From Balanoglossus misakiensis (Eukaryota; Animalia; Hemichordata): a stretch of 64,000 bases of DNA. This document shows, in pieces, positions 1 through 14,881 of the stretch; the first letter of the stretch is position 1; every line of letters begins with the position of its first letter. The DNA lies in contig CM082589.2 in the NCBI GenBank assembly GCA_040954595.2, positions 3,176,213 to 3,240,212 on the forward strand, written 5' to 3'. The translations under genes and the position numbers were made by a program. The notes beneath the pieces are model-generated. The model ran no database searches, was not told the DNA's origin, and saw nothing but the letters and a program-made list of their open reading frames with translations.

Positions 1-1
1 A

Positions 2-1702
<1,701 letters not shown>

Positions 1703-4520
1703 GAAAGGCTCCAGGCTGTGGTTTTTCAACTTCATCCATGGAACATTATGCACGATCGTTTGTGTGTCTAAAACCACCACTGATGGCCGGGATAGAACAA
1801 GACCTTTATGAAGACAGACCATGAAAAACGCAATAGTGTTGGAACCCTGCTAGCCACATGAAATTCACGTACTTGTACTGTATATACCGTATGTCCATTA
1901 CAAACAACCTTCAACCAAAGTCATTTATGACCTTTGTTTTTTTTCACTTTGTAAAACCAGATTTCTTTCATTAAGGGAACTCTTTCCAAAATTTGCACCG
2001 CAAGCACCCTCTTTACTTTTTTGTGTTTGATCTATTTATTGGTGAGTTTCTTTGCAAAAGAAACACATTTGTTTTTTTCAAAATTCAATAAAACATTTCA
2101 CAGAAATTTCTTCTTACATGAAATAGGAGCTATGAGAAATATTTGAAGTACAGCGTTAAAGTATCATATTATATGTAAATATTGTATAATTCTCATTAAG
2201 AGTGTTAAAATTGAAAAATGTTCAATTGATATTCGATCATGTAGTGACCCCTGGGGAGTTCGAAGTTCAAAAGTTCAGATTCACCATTATCAGTGTGTTC
2301 AGGTGCTGTTTTTTCAAGACTATGCAAACCAAGTACGAGATTATTTCTGGTTCACAATTCTGCCATGTGATCATTTGAACAGTATTTAAGAGCGTTACAA
2401 GAAATAGGGTGTCACAGCCTATATTCAGTGTCTTTATACAGTAACATTATTTTGGGTGGGACTGGGACGTAAAATATGGAATATCTGCTTAACATCACAC
2501 TTATATGCACAATACAATGCCTTAGTGCTTGAAGTATTTCCAAGGCAAAAAGTCGGTGGATGGATGGATGGAGTTTTTGCAAATAGCTCTCTGAAATTCG
2601 CATTTCACTTATATATGCCCCTTAGGTAATTGTGACTGAACATGATTGCACTTGCATGTGGGTTTTTTTTGCATGGTCATAGAACCTTTATGGTTGTTGT
2701 GTTTAAGTTTGTTTTCGGGATTGTTTCATCACACTTGGAGGAGTCAAACAAGAGACAAAAGTTGATACACAACACAAAAAACACTGGAACATCACCCCGG
2801 AAAGTTACAGCCAATTTAACTTTAACCGATATGTATTCCATTGAGTATCCCAAATATTTTTACTAAGGAAATCAGAAGATTCATAAATGAAAAGTGTCAA
2901 TTTTGAGAATATCACTTGGGCTACTCTCCTGTCATGGCTGTGATGGATTTCTGTAAAACTCAAAATGGTTTGTTTTGGTGTGAGAGGCACGCCACCAGAT
3001 GTCACAATACGCTGTAAATAATCTTTGTATATATACTGAAGAAGTGTTCTAGAAGCTTTTCATGAAGCTGATGTCTGATATTCAGATGGTGGCCAGTTTA
3101 GCCAGTTCACCCACTAGTTTGGGCCATCCATTGTTCTTCATGGGAGTGGTTGTGCACATTATACATGTACTGGAAAAAGGGGTGATAGGTGTATGTGGCC
3201 AATAGCAAACTTGGCCAAAAATCTGACTGGCTACCAAGCTGGTCTTTTGTATAGAGAATTAGTAGACTATGGTTTCAGATGTTTTGCTTGTGAAAAGTAC
3301 AAAAGATTTCTAAGTGCAATTTGGCATAGTGAATATTTCTTTCTTTTTGGAAGTTTTCTTTGATCTGGTCTGTTGTTCGATTTGGAGTGCTTTGCTCAGC
3401 ACTTGTACGCATGAGTTAGGGTGGGGTCAGCAGTTACAGCGCCACCGTGCTGTGACCTCCGATGACCTCTCAACTGACGGAGGGTGATGTTGGTAACGTT
3501 TCCATTAAATTAGAATTTCCGCCATCCTTTTTGTAATTTTATGACAAAACAAAAGGACTTAATTTTTCTACCACTTGGGGACGGTATGAAGGAAAGGTTG
3601 ACACCGAATAGAAGTTAAAACTACTGTTTGAATATCCTGTCCAACACTTGTGGTCGCACATGTTAACACATTTTCATAGTTGCTTTTCTCACATGTTTGT
3701 TTTGATCTATAAACTACCCACAAGCTCACTACTGCCTTCGCATTTGTTTTATCTTTCTTCTTCAAATTGTACAAAAGATGCTTTGTAAATAGTGCTTGGT
3801 TAACTAAATTTTGAAATGTAAACAACTTGAAAGACACGGATGGCTTTGTGTGTGGTTCTGGAGTGATCGATTGTAAAATGGCTCTTTATGGAAAGAAGTT
3901 TCAGCGATTTATTTTGACTTTCATGTCAGCAATTGACAAACGTCTCTGAAATAAAGAAGTAATCGTTTTCCAGAAGTAGCAGTTACCTGTTTTATGTGGA
4001 TTATGGGTGTGCTTTGTGGGCATAATGTGATTGTTGCCTTGTAATATGCAAATTTCACGTAGAGATAGGAAGTGCCCTCCCCACTGAGGATTAAGGTCAT
4101 GGTACGCCTGCCAGGCTTGTGTTCATATGCCAAATCTAGTCAGCAACACGTCATCTATCACTCAGTCTGTCAGCAGATGGAAAACGTAAACTAGGCAAAA
4201 AATATCAATGTTGGGCCCAGTGGAAATGTGCCGTATCTGTCCAGCCTTACGGTTTCTATTTAAGGACAATTACTATGCATTGCTTGTACTTGTCACGATT
4301 TTACTGTTATGTACCAGCATAAACACACTAAAGATAAATGCAGAGAAATGCTTTTATTGACTCATTCAAAAGTGCTGTTTCATTTTGGACACTGATCGAT
4401 AACTCACTTACATCCGATTAGGGAATGTCTGTGACACCATTTCACTGTAAGAAAGTCACACAAAATGAAAATTATGTTGGGGATAGCGTTAGTTTAAACG
4501 TGGTATACGGTTTGAATAAA
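1703..4520 (+). other. Probable long 3' UTR of ASXL with candidate polyadenylation signals
   Basis: AT-rich non-coding stretch after the stop; AATAAA at 2087-2092 and 4515-4520. The true 3' end cannot be determined from sequence alone. Confidence 0.45.
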
Positions 4521-6073
4521 AACTAAATTTCCCAGCATGCCTTAAAATCGTGGCGGCCATTTGCAATAAATCATAAAGTAGCCCTGTCTCGCACTTTTTG
4601 ACCAAATGTTGAAAATTTTAGTAATGTTGACAGAGACAGCTGGTGGCACGTGCAGATATTGTCAATGTCGCCATGTTAACAGCTTGGAGGGCTTTTCTGG
4701 GTGACACATCCACTCGTGTGCCTGTAAAAAGTACCACACAGACGCCGAGGAGGACATCTTTTGACATTTCAAACTAAAAATAGTGACGTCACGATTGCAG
4801 TTTAAACTCTGTCGACGACCTGTAGTCTATCCACACATATTGCCCGTACCAGCAACTTTCACATCCGCGGCATCGCGTTATATAGGCTACGCGAACACAT
4901 TTCTTTCGGCTATATCAAACGGATTCTTATCAATGGACGGATGATGTTGGGTCATGGCCATATTGGCGAATGGGAAGATCCGAAAATAGGTTGAAACGTG
5001 TTGCCATGAACAGCAATTTAGGGAGAAGAACACACTGTATGAGAGAGTATGTCTGTGTGATATTTTATGGAGAACAACAAGTCTGCTATTCGTATCCACG
5101 GCAAAAGTCAACCAAATTAAACAAATCACCTCATTGTCATTTCGAAGCTGACGGCCATAGGCCATATGTTACATATCCTCGGAAAACAAAGTAAACAGAA
5201 AAGATAAACAATAACGGTAACCTGACTGTTCAGGCTTTCATAGCAAGTGTATGATTGACAAATAGAGACATTGCTAATAGAGGCCTATAGTATTAAAACT
5301 TACTATGACCATATTTGGTCAACTTCACTCTTTTACATTGGCGTGCAAAATCTGCGCAGTTGATGCGTTGGTTCTGGTCCGCGCCGTGACTAACATGCCT
5401 ATCAAACAAACTAACAAAGGTAAAGTTTGTCTGTTCTTTCACTGATTCTCAGTATCTATCAGTCGGTCGGCCGATTCTCACTTGCAACTTCCCGGCTTTC
5501 CGGGAACGCCGTGTCTAGTACTAAGTGGGCCATGCATGACGTCACACTCTACAGCGTGGAGTGCTAAACAATTGGTTCCTGCGTTTACTTTTCTTGATTC
5601 TGAAGTTCAGAACGATCACAAATTTCAACATTTCCCCAATTGTTCTTGTTTGGCTTTGCGCCGTGTACATGGGCGGAAAGACGGTGATTTACTTAGTAAC
5701 CTTTTTACGAGTAAGTCCACATATGTCAACAGCGCTAGTCTAAATCCAGAACCAAGTCATAAAATGTGTCAGGATTTATTTTAAATTATTTTCACGTATC
5801 GGACATCCTGGCACGTTCCCAGTAAAACTCGACCACTGTGACTCCGAGCGACTTCACCAGAATTATCGTCATGTGTACTTGTGTGAACTTGTCAGTTCGT
5901 GGTATTGCAACAAATAAATTTGTTCTTTTAAATAGTTTTTAAAAAGTTGAATTAAATAAAATTAACTACCCTGAGTGAAGGAGGGGCCTTTCCACCAACC
6001 TATTCACGCCAGAGATGTCGTCATGTCCCGCCCACCAGGGCAAGTCGCGACTCCTAAATTTTAAACCTCGTCT

Positions 6074-6189
6074 ATTGCGCAAGCGCGGCTCGGTGGGAAA
6101 AGTCTATTTGTATCGGAGCACATTTTAGGATTCTCATTTGCGTTCGTGCCAGTGAAAGCTACTGAGTGACTGGTTGCAATCAGGTAAGT
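6074..6189 (+). promoter_or_regulatory. Putative promoter and non-coding first exon of LDLa/LU unit A
   Basis: GCGCAAGCGC (NRF1/P3A2-like) at 6077-6086 and a strong donor CAG|GTAAGT at 6183/6184; the same arrangement precedes units B, C and D. Confidence 0.5.
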
Positions 6190-6764
6190 CGGTCTTCATC
6201 ACGCTTCGACATCCTGAAGTTGGCTGCTGACTTAAGGATGGCACGTGGCACAGTCTGTATCTTGCTAGATTTAATTTTGACCACTTCTTCATAAAACTGA
6301 AATCATATTTATACTTTCCATCCCCGTTGATACGAAACTCCGACCAACATAAAAACCGATCGATGGTGTCAATACAAGAGAAAACACCTCGTTTTATCCA
6401 ACAATATGATTTTAGTGATTCTAAAGTTTCGTGGTATCATGGTTGTCCCAGCTGTGTACCAATTAGGGAGCCACAGTAACAAACTAAATGTGGCTAACAT
6501 CATTAAATGTGATCATATTTTTAGATCAAGGTTGGATGTATCATAAAAGGGTCATGTTATATTTGTGGTGTCGCCGTACAAGGCGACGCTTAAAAACCCC
6601 TTGGTTAAGGTCAATGCGTTTATGCTTTACAGTTAAGTGTCTATTTGTAGCGCCACCGAGACTCGACGCTAATCTCTGGGACAATTTATTAGTGATGGCA
6701 AATGTGCAGGTTATGTTTGATACAAAGCTGTACAGGTGCTTACAGATATGTGTACACATGCATG

Positions 6765-6857
6765 CACGCACGCACCCACACACACACACAGACACACGCA
6801 CATATATAGAGGGGATTGAATAGGAATTGGGCGGGGAGAAAGAGAGAGAGAGAGAGA
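6765..6857. repeat. (CA)n and (AG)n microsatellites
   Basis: cacgcacgcacccacacacacacagacacacgcaca followed by gagagagagagagaga. Confidence 0.8.
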
Positions 6858-8387
6858 CCTCTCGACTCGTACTACTTTAATATAGCAAATAATTGAAAGG
6901 TTTGGAGGACTATTATTTTATCTGAAAATATTTTCCCAATGCGCATACTACCTTGGCTGACAAACTATGGACTATCAAGAGATACTTGATGCAGACCGTA
7001 TATTGATATTTACAAAAGTACTGATGGTTTTAATGCATCTATGAATTCATTCGAAGACTTTTTTCAAAATACTTAAATTCCCTGGTACTTTTATCGTACG
7101 TATTGGTTTACATCCTGACTTGTATCGAACAACAAAGACCAAAGTTATTTGCCATATTGCTCTTTTGTGAAATGTTTAGCCCTTTTTGGCGCTTACAAAT
7201 ATTGAACATTTAGCAAAGCTGTTATTTATTGGCGTTTGAAGTCAATATGCTGGGCTTTTTTGCACAAGTACGTGTAATTCAGAAATGCGTGTTTAGTCTG
7301 CAACATGAAACCATACTATGATAATCTGTCGATCACTGTCAATGAAATATTTCGAGGCCAACTTTACTTTCCTTTCGGCAATACACTGATGGTACCAAGC
7401 TTTTGTTCGTGATAATAAACATAGTTCAAAGGTCTAAAGCACAGGCAGTTCGTGATATCCGTGTGTACCAATCAAATCCAGTAATCCTGGCATTTCCTCG
7501 GCGATTTGTCGATCAAACAAAAAAATGACAAGCGATTTGATTTTCGTCGTGTAATTCACGATATTCGTGAACACGCGAAGGATTACGACGACATCTGTAG
7601 GCGCACGCGGACGCCAAAGGTCAATCTCCGGGTCGCAGCAGCTGTTGCCCCCGACAGTCTCTCATCAGAGACAGGAACGTTGCGGGTTTATTTTTCTGGA
7701 TTATTGGGAAGAAAGTGACCCTATACATCATCGGAGAGCGTAGAACAAAAGAGCAAACATGTTATCCTCTCATAGAAATCCGGATGGGCTACAAAAGAAG
7801 GGGAGAGTATGATCGGAGTGGTATCAAAGGTGCGTTGTCACGAGTGTATCTCTGTAAAAACAATATGCCGATAATCGCTGCTCAGCCGCCCGTGTAACAT
7901 TCAAAGGCTCGGTTTCTGCTTTTCAGGATTTTATTTCGTTTACTTGTTTCATTTATATGGACGATTGTGGCCAACAAACCGTATGGAATACTTGTTACTG
8001 TTATCTTAAACCCCCAGATAATCTCGCTTGTCAGTAAGGTCTTCTGTTTACAGGATGAAAAAAAAACACTTATCAAATATCGCTCGATCGTCAGTCATGA
8101 ATTGACAAAAAACATGACAAATAAATTAAATCGGTCAACATATGGTTGTCACCATGCACCATCCTGTTGCATTAGGATAACAAACACGGTTATTACAACA
8201 ATTGCCTTTAAGCGTTTCAATGAGTATCAAATCAGTAAAACATAGTTATATTAGTCCAGGTGATCTACACCCCCTCCCTTACTGAAAATTTAGACTCATT
8301 ATTTTTCTGGTTTCTTGTCCAGCTTCAGGTCGATCGGATAATCCCAAGTCTAAAGTATATATATAGATCGGAGGTGTTTGAAATAAA

Positions 8388-11300
8388 ATGACTTTTCCTC
8401 GTGGTTTGCATCAATGTCTTCTCGTCGCCGTTGTTGGCGCTGTCTTTCTTCGAGTGGCGAACGCAGGTATGTTGTGTTTAGCTAAAAAACCTCTTGCATG
8501 TTAGTCCTATCAAGTGGGCCAGGTTACGCGGTTATGTGAAGATCAGAAAGGGAAGCCACTTCCAACAAGAGCCTAGTGAATATACATCATCCTGCGCCTC
8601 TGTTATACAAGGTGCGTTAGGAAGACGCGCCCATCTTAAATTTACAGCCGTTCTACCCGTTTGAAAATAAATGTCATAAATTTCCTTTTTTTCTCTCATT
8701 TGTACAGCATGTAATCCGGAAACACAGTATGAGTGTCAGAGTGGTAGTTGCATACCGCTTTACTGGCGATGTGACTCAAAAAGCAATTGTGGAAACGGCG
8801 AAGACGAAGAGGGGTGTGGTGAGTTCGTAAAAAAAGAGCTTTATGTATACTTTAAAATTTGACTGCGTCTTCTACCATATTCGAATTGCAACCACGACTA
8901 AATAGTCTGTTTGACGTATGTCGCAATCTCACAGGGTGAGAGAGAGAGAGAGAGCAACAGTCATCCAAGTAATATATCACTAGACTATCTCACAATTAAC
9001 ATACCTTGAATTCTATATTCCTGAATGTTCCAGACAGCGTCACCTGTCCGTCATCATACCCTTACCAGTGTCCCACTGGAAAATGTATTCCAAATAGTTG
9101 GGTGTGTGATCTTAGCCTCAGACAAGACTGTCCGGGAGGTGAAGACCAGATGAACTGTAATTTTTTATGTAAGTATTAAGTTGACCCTTTGATTGCCATG
9201 GTTCAGTCCAAACTCATTCTTTAATTTCTATGGTAAACTGACAGAGATATCTTTTGACCTTTCACCTCTAGTTGAATGCACCGGGGATTTTTTCCAGTGC
9301 CACGATACGGTGTGTATACAAGCTTACTTTCGATGTGACGGGCAAGCACAGTGTCCTGACGGAAGCGACGAGCTCGGATGCGGTAAGATATGAAATGCCC
9401 CCCCCCCTCCCAACTAAGAAAAGAACATGTTAAGTAGAAAACCCCTGGCAGCAGTTTTTGAGATCTAGAGAGCCGAAGAATTTGACACAAGAAGAAAGAA
9501 AATACGACCTCCGGCGATACCAACAGGTGCCCGAGGCCCGTAGGTCATGACCCCTTTTGCGCATTTACTCGGGTTTCTTCCTATCTCACTCTGTGATGCT
9601 GTCCATTATAGGTGGCGAAGCGTCTTGTGCAGAGGACCAGTTCATGTGTAATTCCGGACAATGCTTAGCGATAGAAAAACAGTGTGACCAGCACCCCGAT
9701 TGTCCTGGCTCGGAACAGGAAGACGAGGAAAACTGTCCCGGTGATCGTAAGTTATGACAACACTGATTTTTGTTGCGTTGGTGGATTTTGACAGAGCTGT
9801 ATTCCGTCTCGATAACATGTAAACCGGTGCCTCAGCTGTTTTCCGACAGCTTAGTCAATTTTCGTGAGAATGGAATACTAGTACATGTATATCGTACTGT
9901 GGTAGACCTGAAACTTTGATAGTTTGATTTTCTGAACCCCCTATTAAAACCAACAACTGTAAAGATTTCAGAACATATTTGTTAATTCATTTCATGATCA
10001 GAATGAGTCGTTTAAACCATTCCCTTGGCAGGGCTTTGCGACGAACACTCTTTCCGTTGTGATAACGGAGTGTGCCTTCTGGGATACCAGCAATGTGACG
10101 GATTAGACAATTGTAAAAATGGCGAAGACGAGGTTTGTGGTAAGTGGGATCAATTTTCATGCGTTTTACTCGTTATTCTGTTCTCAGACGAGAATCGTGG
10201 TACATAGAGCGACAACTGTTTTCACACACCCCTCTATTGACTTCATGTTCTTCACCCGGTTTCAATTGACCTTGTTTTATTTTAGGTCCGCGTTGTCATA
10301 AATGTGACACCTGGTATGACGTAACCTATCAGTGTCATCCAAGTGACTACAGCTATCCTTCAAATTGCGAAGCGGGCGTAAGTATCACGGTTGTAATTAT
10401 TACGCTAAAGTAGAAGGAGTGTAATGGCAAATGTTATACTTGACGTCTCGGTTTTCGCAAAATGACTAACATACTAATATCGAAACCACTGTTATCAGTA
10501 CAACCAACGTTAATTTTGGCAACACGGAGAGAAACCCCTCCGTCCACCCCTCAAATGAAATGGGTTCTCCTCTTATCTTGCAGATGGTCTGTTCTTCTTC
10601 TCTGAAAAAGAATTTCAAAGGCGAACTGGTGTACACAGTCGGCTGTAAAAGCAATAGCGTGAGTGTCCGGATTTAGCTATCCCTACCTAAAAGGACGTTT
10701 ACCTTAACATATGGATATATTTTCGGAGGTTTTGTTTTCTTTGTACATGTATCATACATAGCTTCTTGTTCGACATGAAAAAACTGCTCAATATTTAAGA
10801 TCAATGCAGACGACAATTTTTATCACATTCAACACGGTCATGCAGACTGAAAGATTTAGTCCTGTGCGGGCGCTCAGGCGATGGCCATGATCCTTACACC
10901 GGAGCGCCCGCACACGTTCTACACGTTCATGATCCACTGGAAAGCATATGTACATCACTTGTGTACCGAGTACTGCATCATCTATATGGAGAAAAACGTT
11001 TTCCAATACAAATTATGGACAGCTTGTAGCGCTTTAATTAAGAAACGCTTTCTTTGTCCCAACAGTACTGCTCCACTCAAGCGGCAAATAACCCGGCCGC
11101 GTGCACCAGCGACCCAAGCACCCTAGGCGCCGACGAAAAATGCATGTTCTGTTGCGAAGGGGACTACTGTAACTCCTACGACGCACTACCGATTTTCTCT
11201 GTTGGAACTGCAACAACTAAAGGTATTTTGAACCGAAAATATATATGGACAGATCTGTCAAACAAGCAAACTCAGAGCGACCATTAAAGGCCGACGATCG

Positions 11301-12087
11301 TCTTATGCGCATGTGCGTAATTTCGTGTGTAGTTGACTGCCTTCGCTTCCTTCCATATTTAAATCGTACCATATAAGTAGACTTAAGTTCTGTCACTTCT
11401 TTTCACCCAATTTGCTGTATGTGGTCTTGCCACTACAGTGTTCTGAAGAAATAAGAAACATGGTTTTCTTTTGTAGCGCCTGCAGGTCTCCAATGCTATA
11501 CCTGTGGAGGTTGGAGCAACGCAGCTTCGTCCTGCAGCCCGACCATCGAGACATGCGGCGAGACGGTAAGTTAAGGTGTCAACACTGATCTGTGTGACTG
11601 TGTATAAGTATATACATTGATATGTACCCACTGTGTTTATACCAAATTTGATTTGAATCCGTTCAGCCGTTCTTGAGATATCATATTAACAGACAGACAC
11701 ACAGACACCTCACTCGGCATGATGTAACGGAAACAGACACTGATTCTGCGCAGGAATCTGTTCATCACCGCTTCTCTGTATCTCACAGGAACAGTGCGCC
11801 ACAACATACAAACTCAACTCCAGAGGCAAGTTGGTGTACATAGCCGACTGTAGGACGAACTTTGTAAGTATTATCTAACTGAAGGTAGCAAATTGATATC
11901 AATCTGATGTTAGCTTCATCTGCAGAATTATGATTAACCGACTTGTTTATATGTGTTCTTCCAGTACTGCAAAGGTACCCATACCGGAGACGCACCCTGT
12001 GACGTCAGCACAGACAAGTGCATCTTCTGCTGCGACACCGACAAATGCAACAGTTACGATGAGAACCCAAATATTATTGGTATGTGA
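8388..12087 (+). CDS. Secreted protein: signal peptide + 5 LDLa repeats + 2 three-finger (Ly6/uPAR) domains (unit A)
   Basis: GT-AG exons in consistent frame: 8388-8466 (signal peptide [26 protein letters not shown]); LDLa 8708-8818, 9034-9168, 9272-9382, 9612-9746, 10032-10139; LU1 10286-10377, 10584-10658, 11066-11222 (..[11 protein letters not shown]); LU2 11477-11565, 11789-11863, 11965-12079 (..[11 protein letters not shown]). It ends either at an in-frame TGA (12085-12087) or via donor G|GTATGT at 12079/12080. Confidence 0.88.
11625..11710 (+). mobile_element. Short remnant resembling a non-autonomous Helentron/DINE-1-like (HINE) element in an intron
   Basis: accaaatttgatttgaatccgttcagccgttcttgagata followed by an (acag)/(ac) microsatellite, a core-plus-microsatellite layout typical of such elements in invertebrates. 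Recognised by pattern only. Confidence 0.4.
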
Positions 12088-12756
12088 CGAAATTCATATA
12101 CATGACGCCGACCGGAAACATACACCATCTACCGTATGTCCGTTTTCCCGTGTAAAATCGCTGTATAATTGGATAGTTACTAAACGACAAGAATTCCAAA
12201 TGTTCTGAGACAAATCATAGCATTAGAGAGGGTTGTTTTTTGGAGTCACGAAAAATTATCATTAAAACTGTATGTATGATATAGATAGCTACCATTATTT
12301 AACCCACGAGGTTTTGGGAAATTGAGCGAAAAGCATGTTAACTTTGCCAGGTTATTATTCAAATTACCTGTATGACAATTACCTGATGTTATCATGGTAA
12401 TAAAATATCCAATGGCTTCGTTCCCCAGCAATCTGGATGCTATGTGTCTTCTCTGTATATGTTGGAGTTTTGTCGCAGCTGTCCAAAACTTTATTTTGGT
12501 CTGACAAAGCTGACGAAGCCACCTGTGACATTTGCACCAAAACCTCCGGAAAATGACGTTCGTGACAAATTTGAGTTTACAGTAGAGTCAGACAAACAAA
12601 CGCAATTACCTGTTTAGCAGATGTAGATTATTCATGATCAGATACAGAAGCATATTCAGTCCACAAATATTGAAATAATGTCTCCCTGGAAAAAATTTAT
12701 TAAATTAAATTAAATTAAATTTATTAAATCATTTTCATATGACTGATCACGTTATC

Positions 12757-12870
12757 GCGCAAGCGCACATATAATTGCCAAGGAGATATATTTAACCCCA
12801 ACCCCAACCCCATTTCTTTCATTATATAACTGTGGAATAACGTGAAAGTGAATGGTCTTAGAAGGTAAGT
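12757..12870 (+). promoter_or_regulatory. Putative promoter and non-coding first exon of unit B
   Basis: GCGCAAGCGC 12757-12766, TAATT, TATATTTAA 12787-12795, donor AAG|GTAAGT at 12864/12865. Confidence 0.5.
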
Positions 12871-14881
12871 GTTTTGGGACTACTTTACACCCTCCGGTTA
12901 TATACTGCATGTCTATGTAAAAGTCGAAAACAAAACCACACTCTCGTCTTCATTCAGTTCCTACACCTACTGTCTGGGCTCGTTAGTAAGCATTACATGT
13001 TTAATTAAACGTATGATGCAGGGAGTATTTAACCAATAATTATACATGTATTTTAATTACTACTTAATAAGTCTTACGTTACAATTACCTCTACTGTACA
13101 TATGCTCTAATACCAATTGTTCAAATGACGTATCCGAATCTTCTAAATGACGTGGTGGCACTCTTTGTATTCGCGTGGCAATTACCCCACTTGAAACTGT
13201 GATTGGCCAGATCTCAACTTTCTGTAACTGTGACTAAATTTGCATACGTGATCCTTAGCAGTTCTTGGAGTTTCGTACTGTTAGGAATGATCACCAAATT
13301 ATTTCGACCCATGAACCGCAGGGGCTTTGAATGAATTTCACCTGGCAAGTTGTCGTTGAGTCTGAGTTTGAAATAAATCACAGGTAATATTGACATCCAA
13401 TTCATTAATGTCATAATAGAAGAGGATATCCTGCCACAGCTGTTATTGCGTTTGCTTGGACCAAATATCATATGCATTTCTGTCGCTCTGGTGGCCTTAT
13501 ACAAAAACAGGAAATACAAATTTGGCAGCTGTGACGAATCCTGCGCAATACTACGACATTATAGAATTATTTGACAATAGAGGAGTAAATGGTACCTTTG
13601 ATGTATTGGTTACAGATGTAATTGGCAGGCAATGAGGGGGTTGGGAACTTGACATGCGTAATGTAACACGTCATGTACTACTTTGATAAATACGTATATG
13701 TACAGTCAGAGTACAATCGGCTTAAATGTTCAACTGTTATCGAATTACATTAAACAGACAACTATAATGCAAAGAGGGACATACCATCAATCAAAGTGAA
13801 ACAATAGAACAAACAATACCCCTGTATCTATTATTTGGTGGGAAACACCTTACTTGTCACAGTATATCTCAACAAGCTTGAACTAGACAAGGTCAAAAAG
13901 TTAAATGGAGTATTTATTTAACATATATTTCGTTGATCCCATAAAAAGAGCGGGCAATTTCACAGTGAAATCAGTTACCAGCGCCTGTTGCATACATTAA
14001 TATAAAATTGATAACCATTTAAATTTAGACATCAACTGAATCACTTAAACCTGTGACACATGTTACAATTAATGCTCGCCATCTTGGTGGGTTTGTTACT
14101 CTGAGCTATAAAACTATAGAATATAAATTTGTTTTGAATTGAGGCATAAATGCGTACTAATCAAAACGAACCGAAAATAATTTGTATCTCAGAAATCAAA
14201 ATGTAAAGTTGAAGAACACAAAATACCCATATCTGTAAACTAAATTTCTGAGTAAAACCTGGTAGTTTTAATAAGAAAAATGCGGGTACATCACGTGGTG
14301 TTTGGTGTAGACGAATCTTTGACGATCGTTTTCATTGGCTTAGTTATCATTTTCATCAATCAGGCGTTGCCATTGGCAATAGAAATGTGCACGGCGAATG
14401 CGGATCACTACAAATGTGACATTTGGCATTGCGCATGCACAAGGGCCAAAAATAAATCACACTCCCACGGTCTGTGGTACTTGCACATAAATGTGGGCGC
14501 CTAATGTCGATGAAAGCTGTATTAAGAACTCCGCTTTCCCATCTCGTCCATTTCCACTTTCCTTACGCTGTAAATCAGTCCTCGCGTTTGAAGGCCAACT
14601 GCTTCGGTGAGAACACTGTGACCATTACGGGGACATAGGCAACGGCGGTGTCTTTTCATACAAACGCGTAGATTGTTCAGCGTATAAAACAAGTGGACAT
14701 TTCATCGCGCCAGGCCTGCTAAGGTTCTTGCCAGCATTTCTGTTCGGCTTTATTTGTACATCTACCCCATGTGAAAAGTTAATATAATTGATCTGTCTCT
14801 CTGTGTTGTCAGCTCCTTTACCACATTGGCTTAAAAACGTTGGTGTAGTCACGTGCTCTGAAGAAACCCAAAACAGACAAG

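Noticed and set aside
6231-6480. Possible TTAA-flanked MITE beginning cttaaggatggc
   Set aside because: No matching terminal inverted repeat or second target-site duplication was found in the window.
12429-12556. Possible hydrophobic terminal exon for unit A (AIWMLCVFSVYVGVLSQLSK..), which could be a membrane or GPI anchor
   Set aside because: It is in frame after a CCCCAG acceptor, but I found no counterpart after unit B and cannot distinguish it from chance; it needs transcript data.
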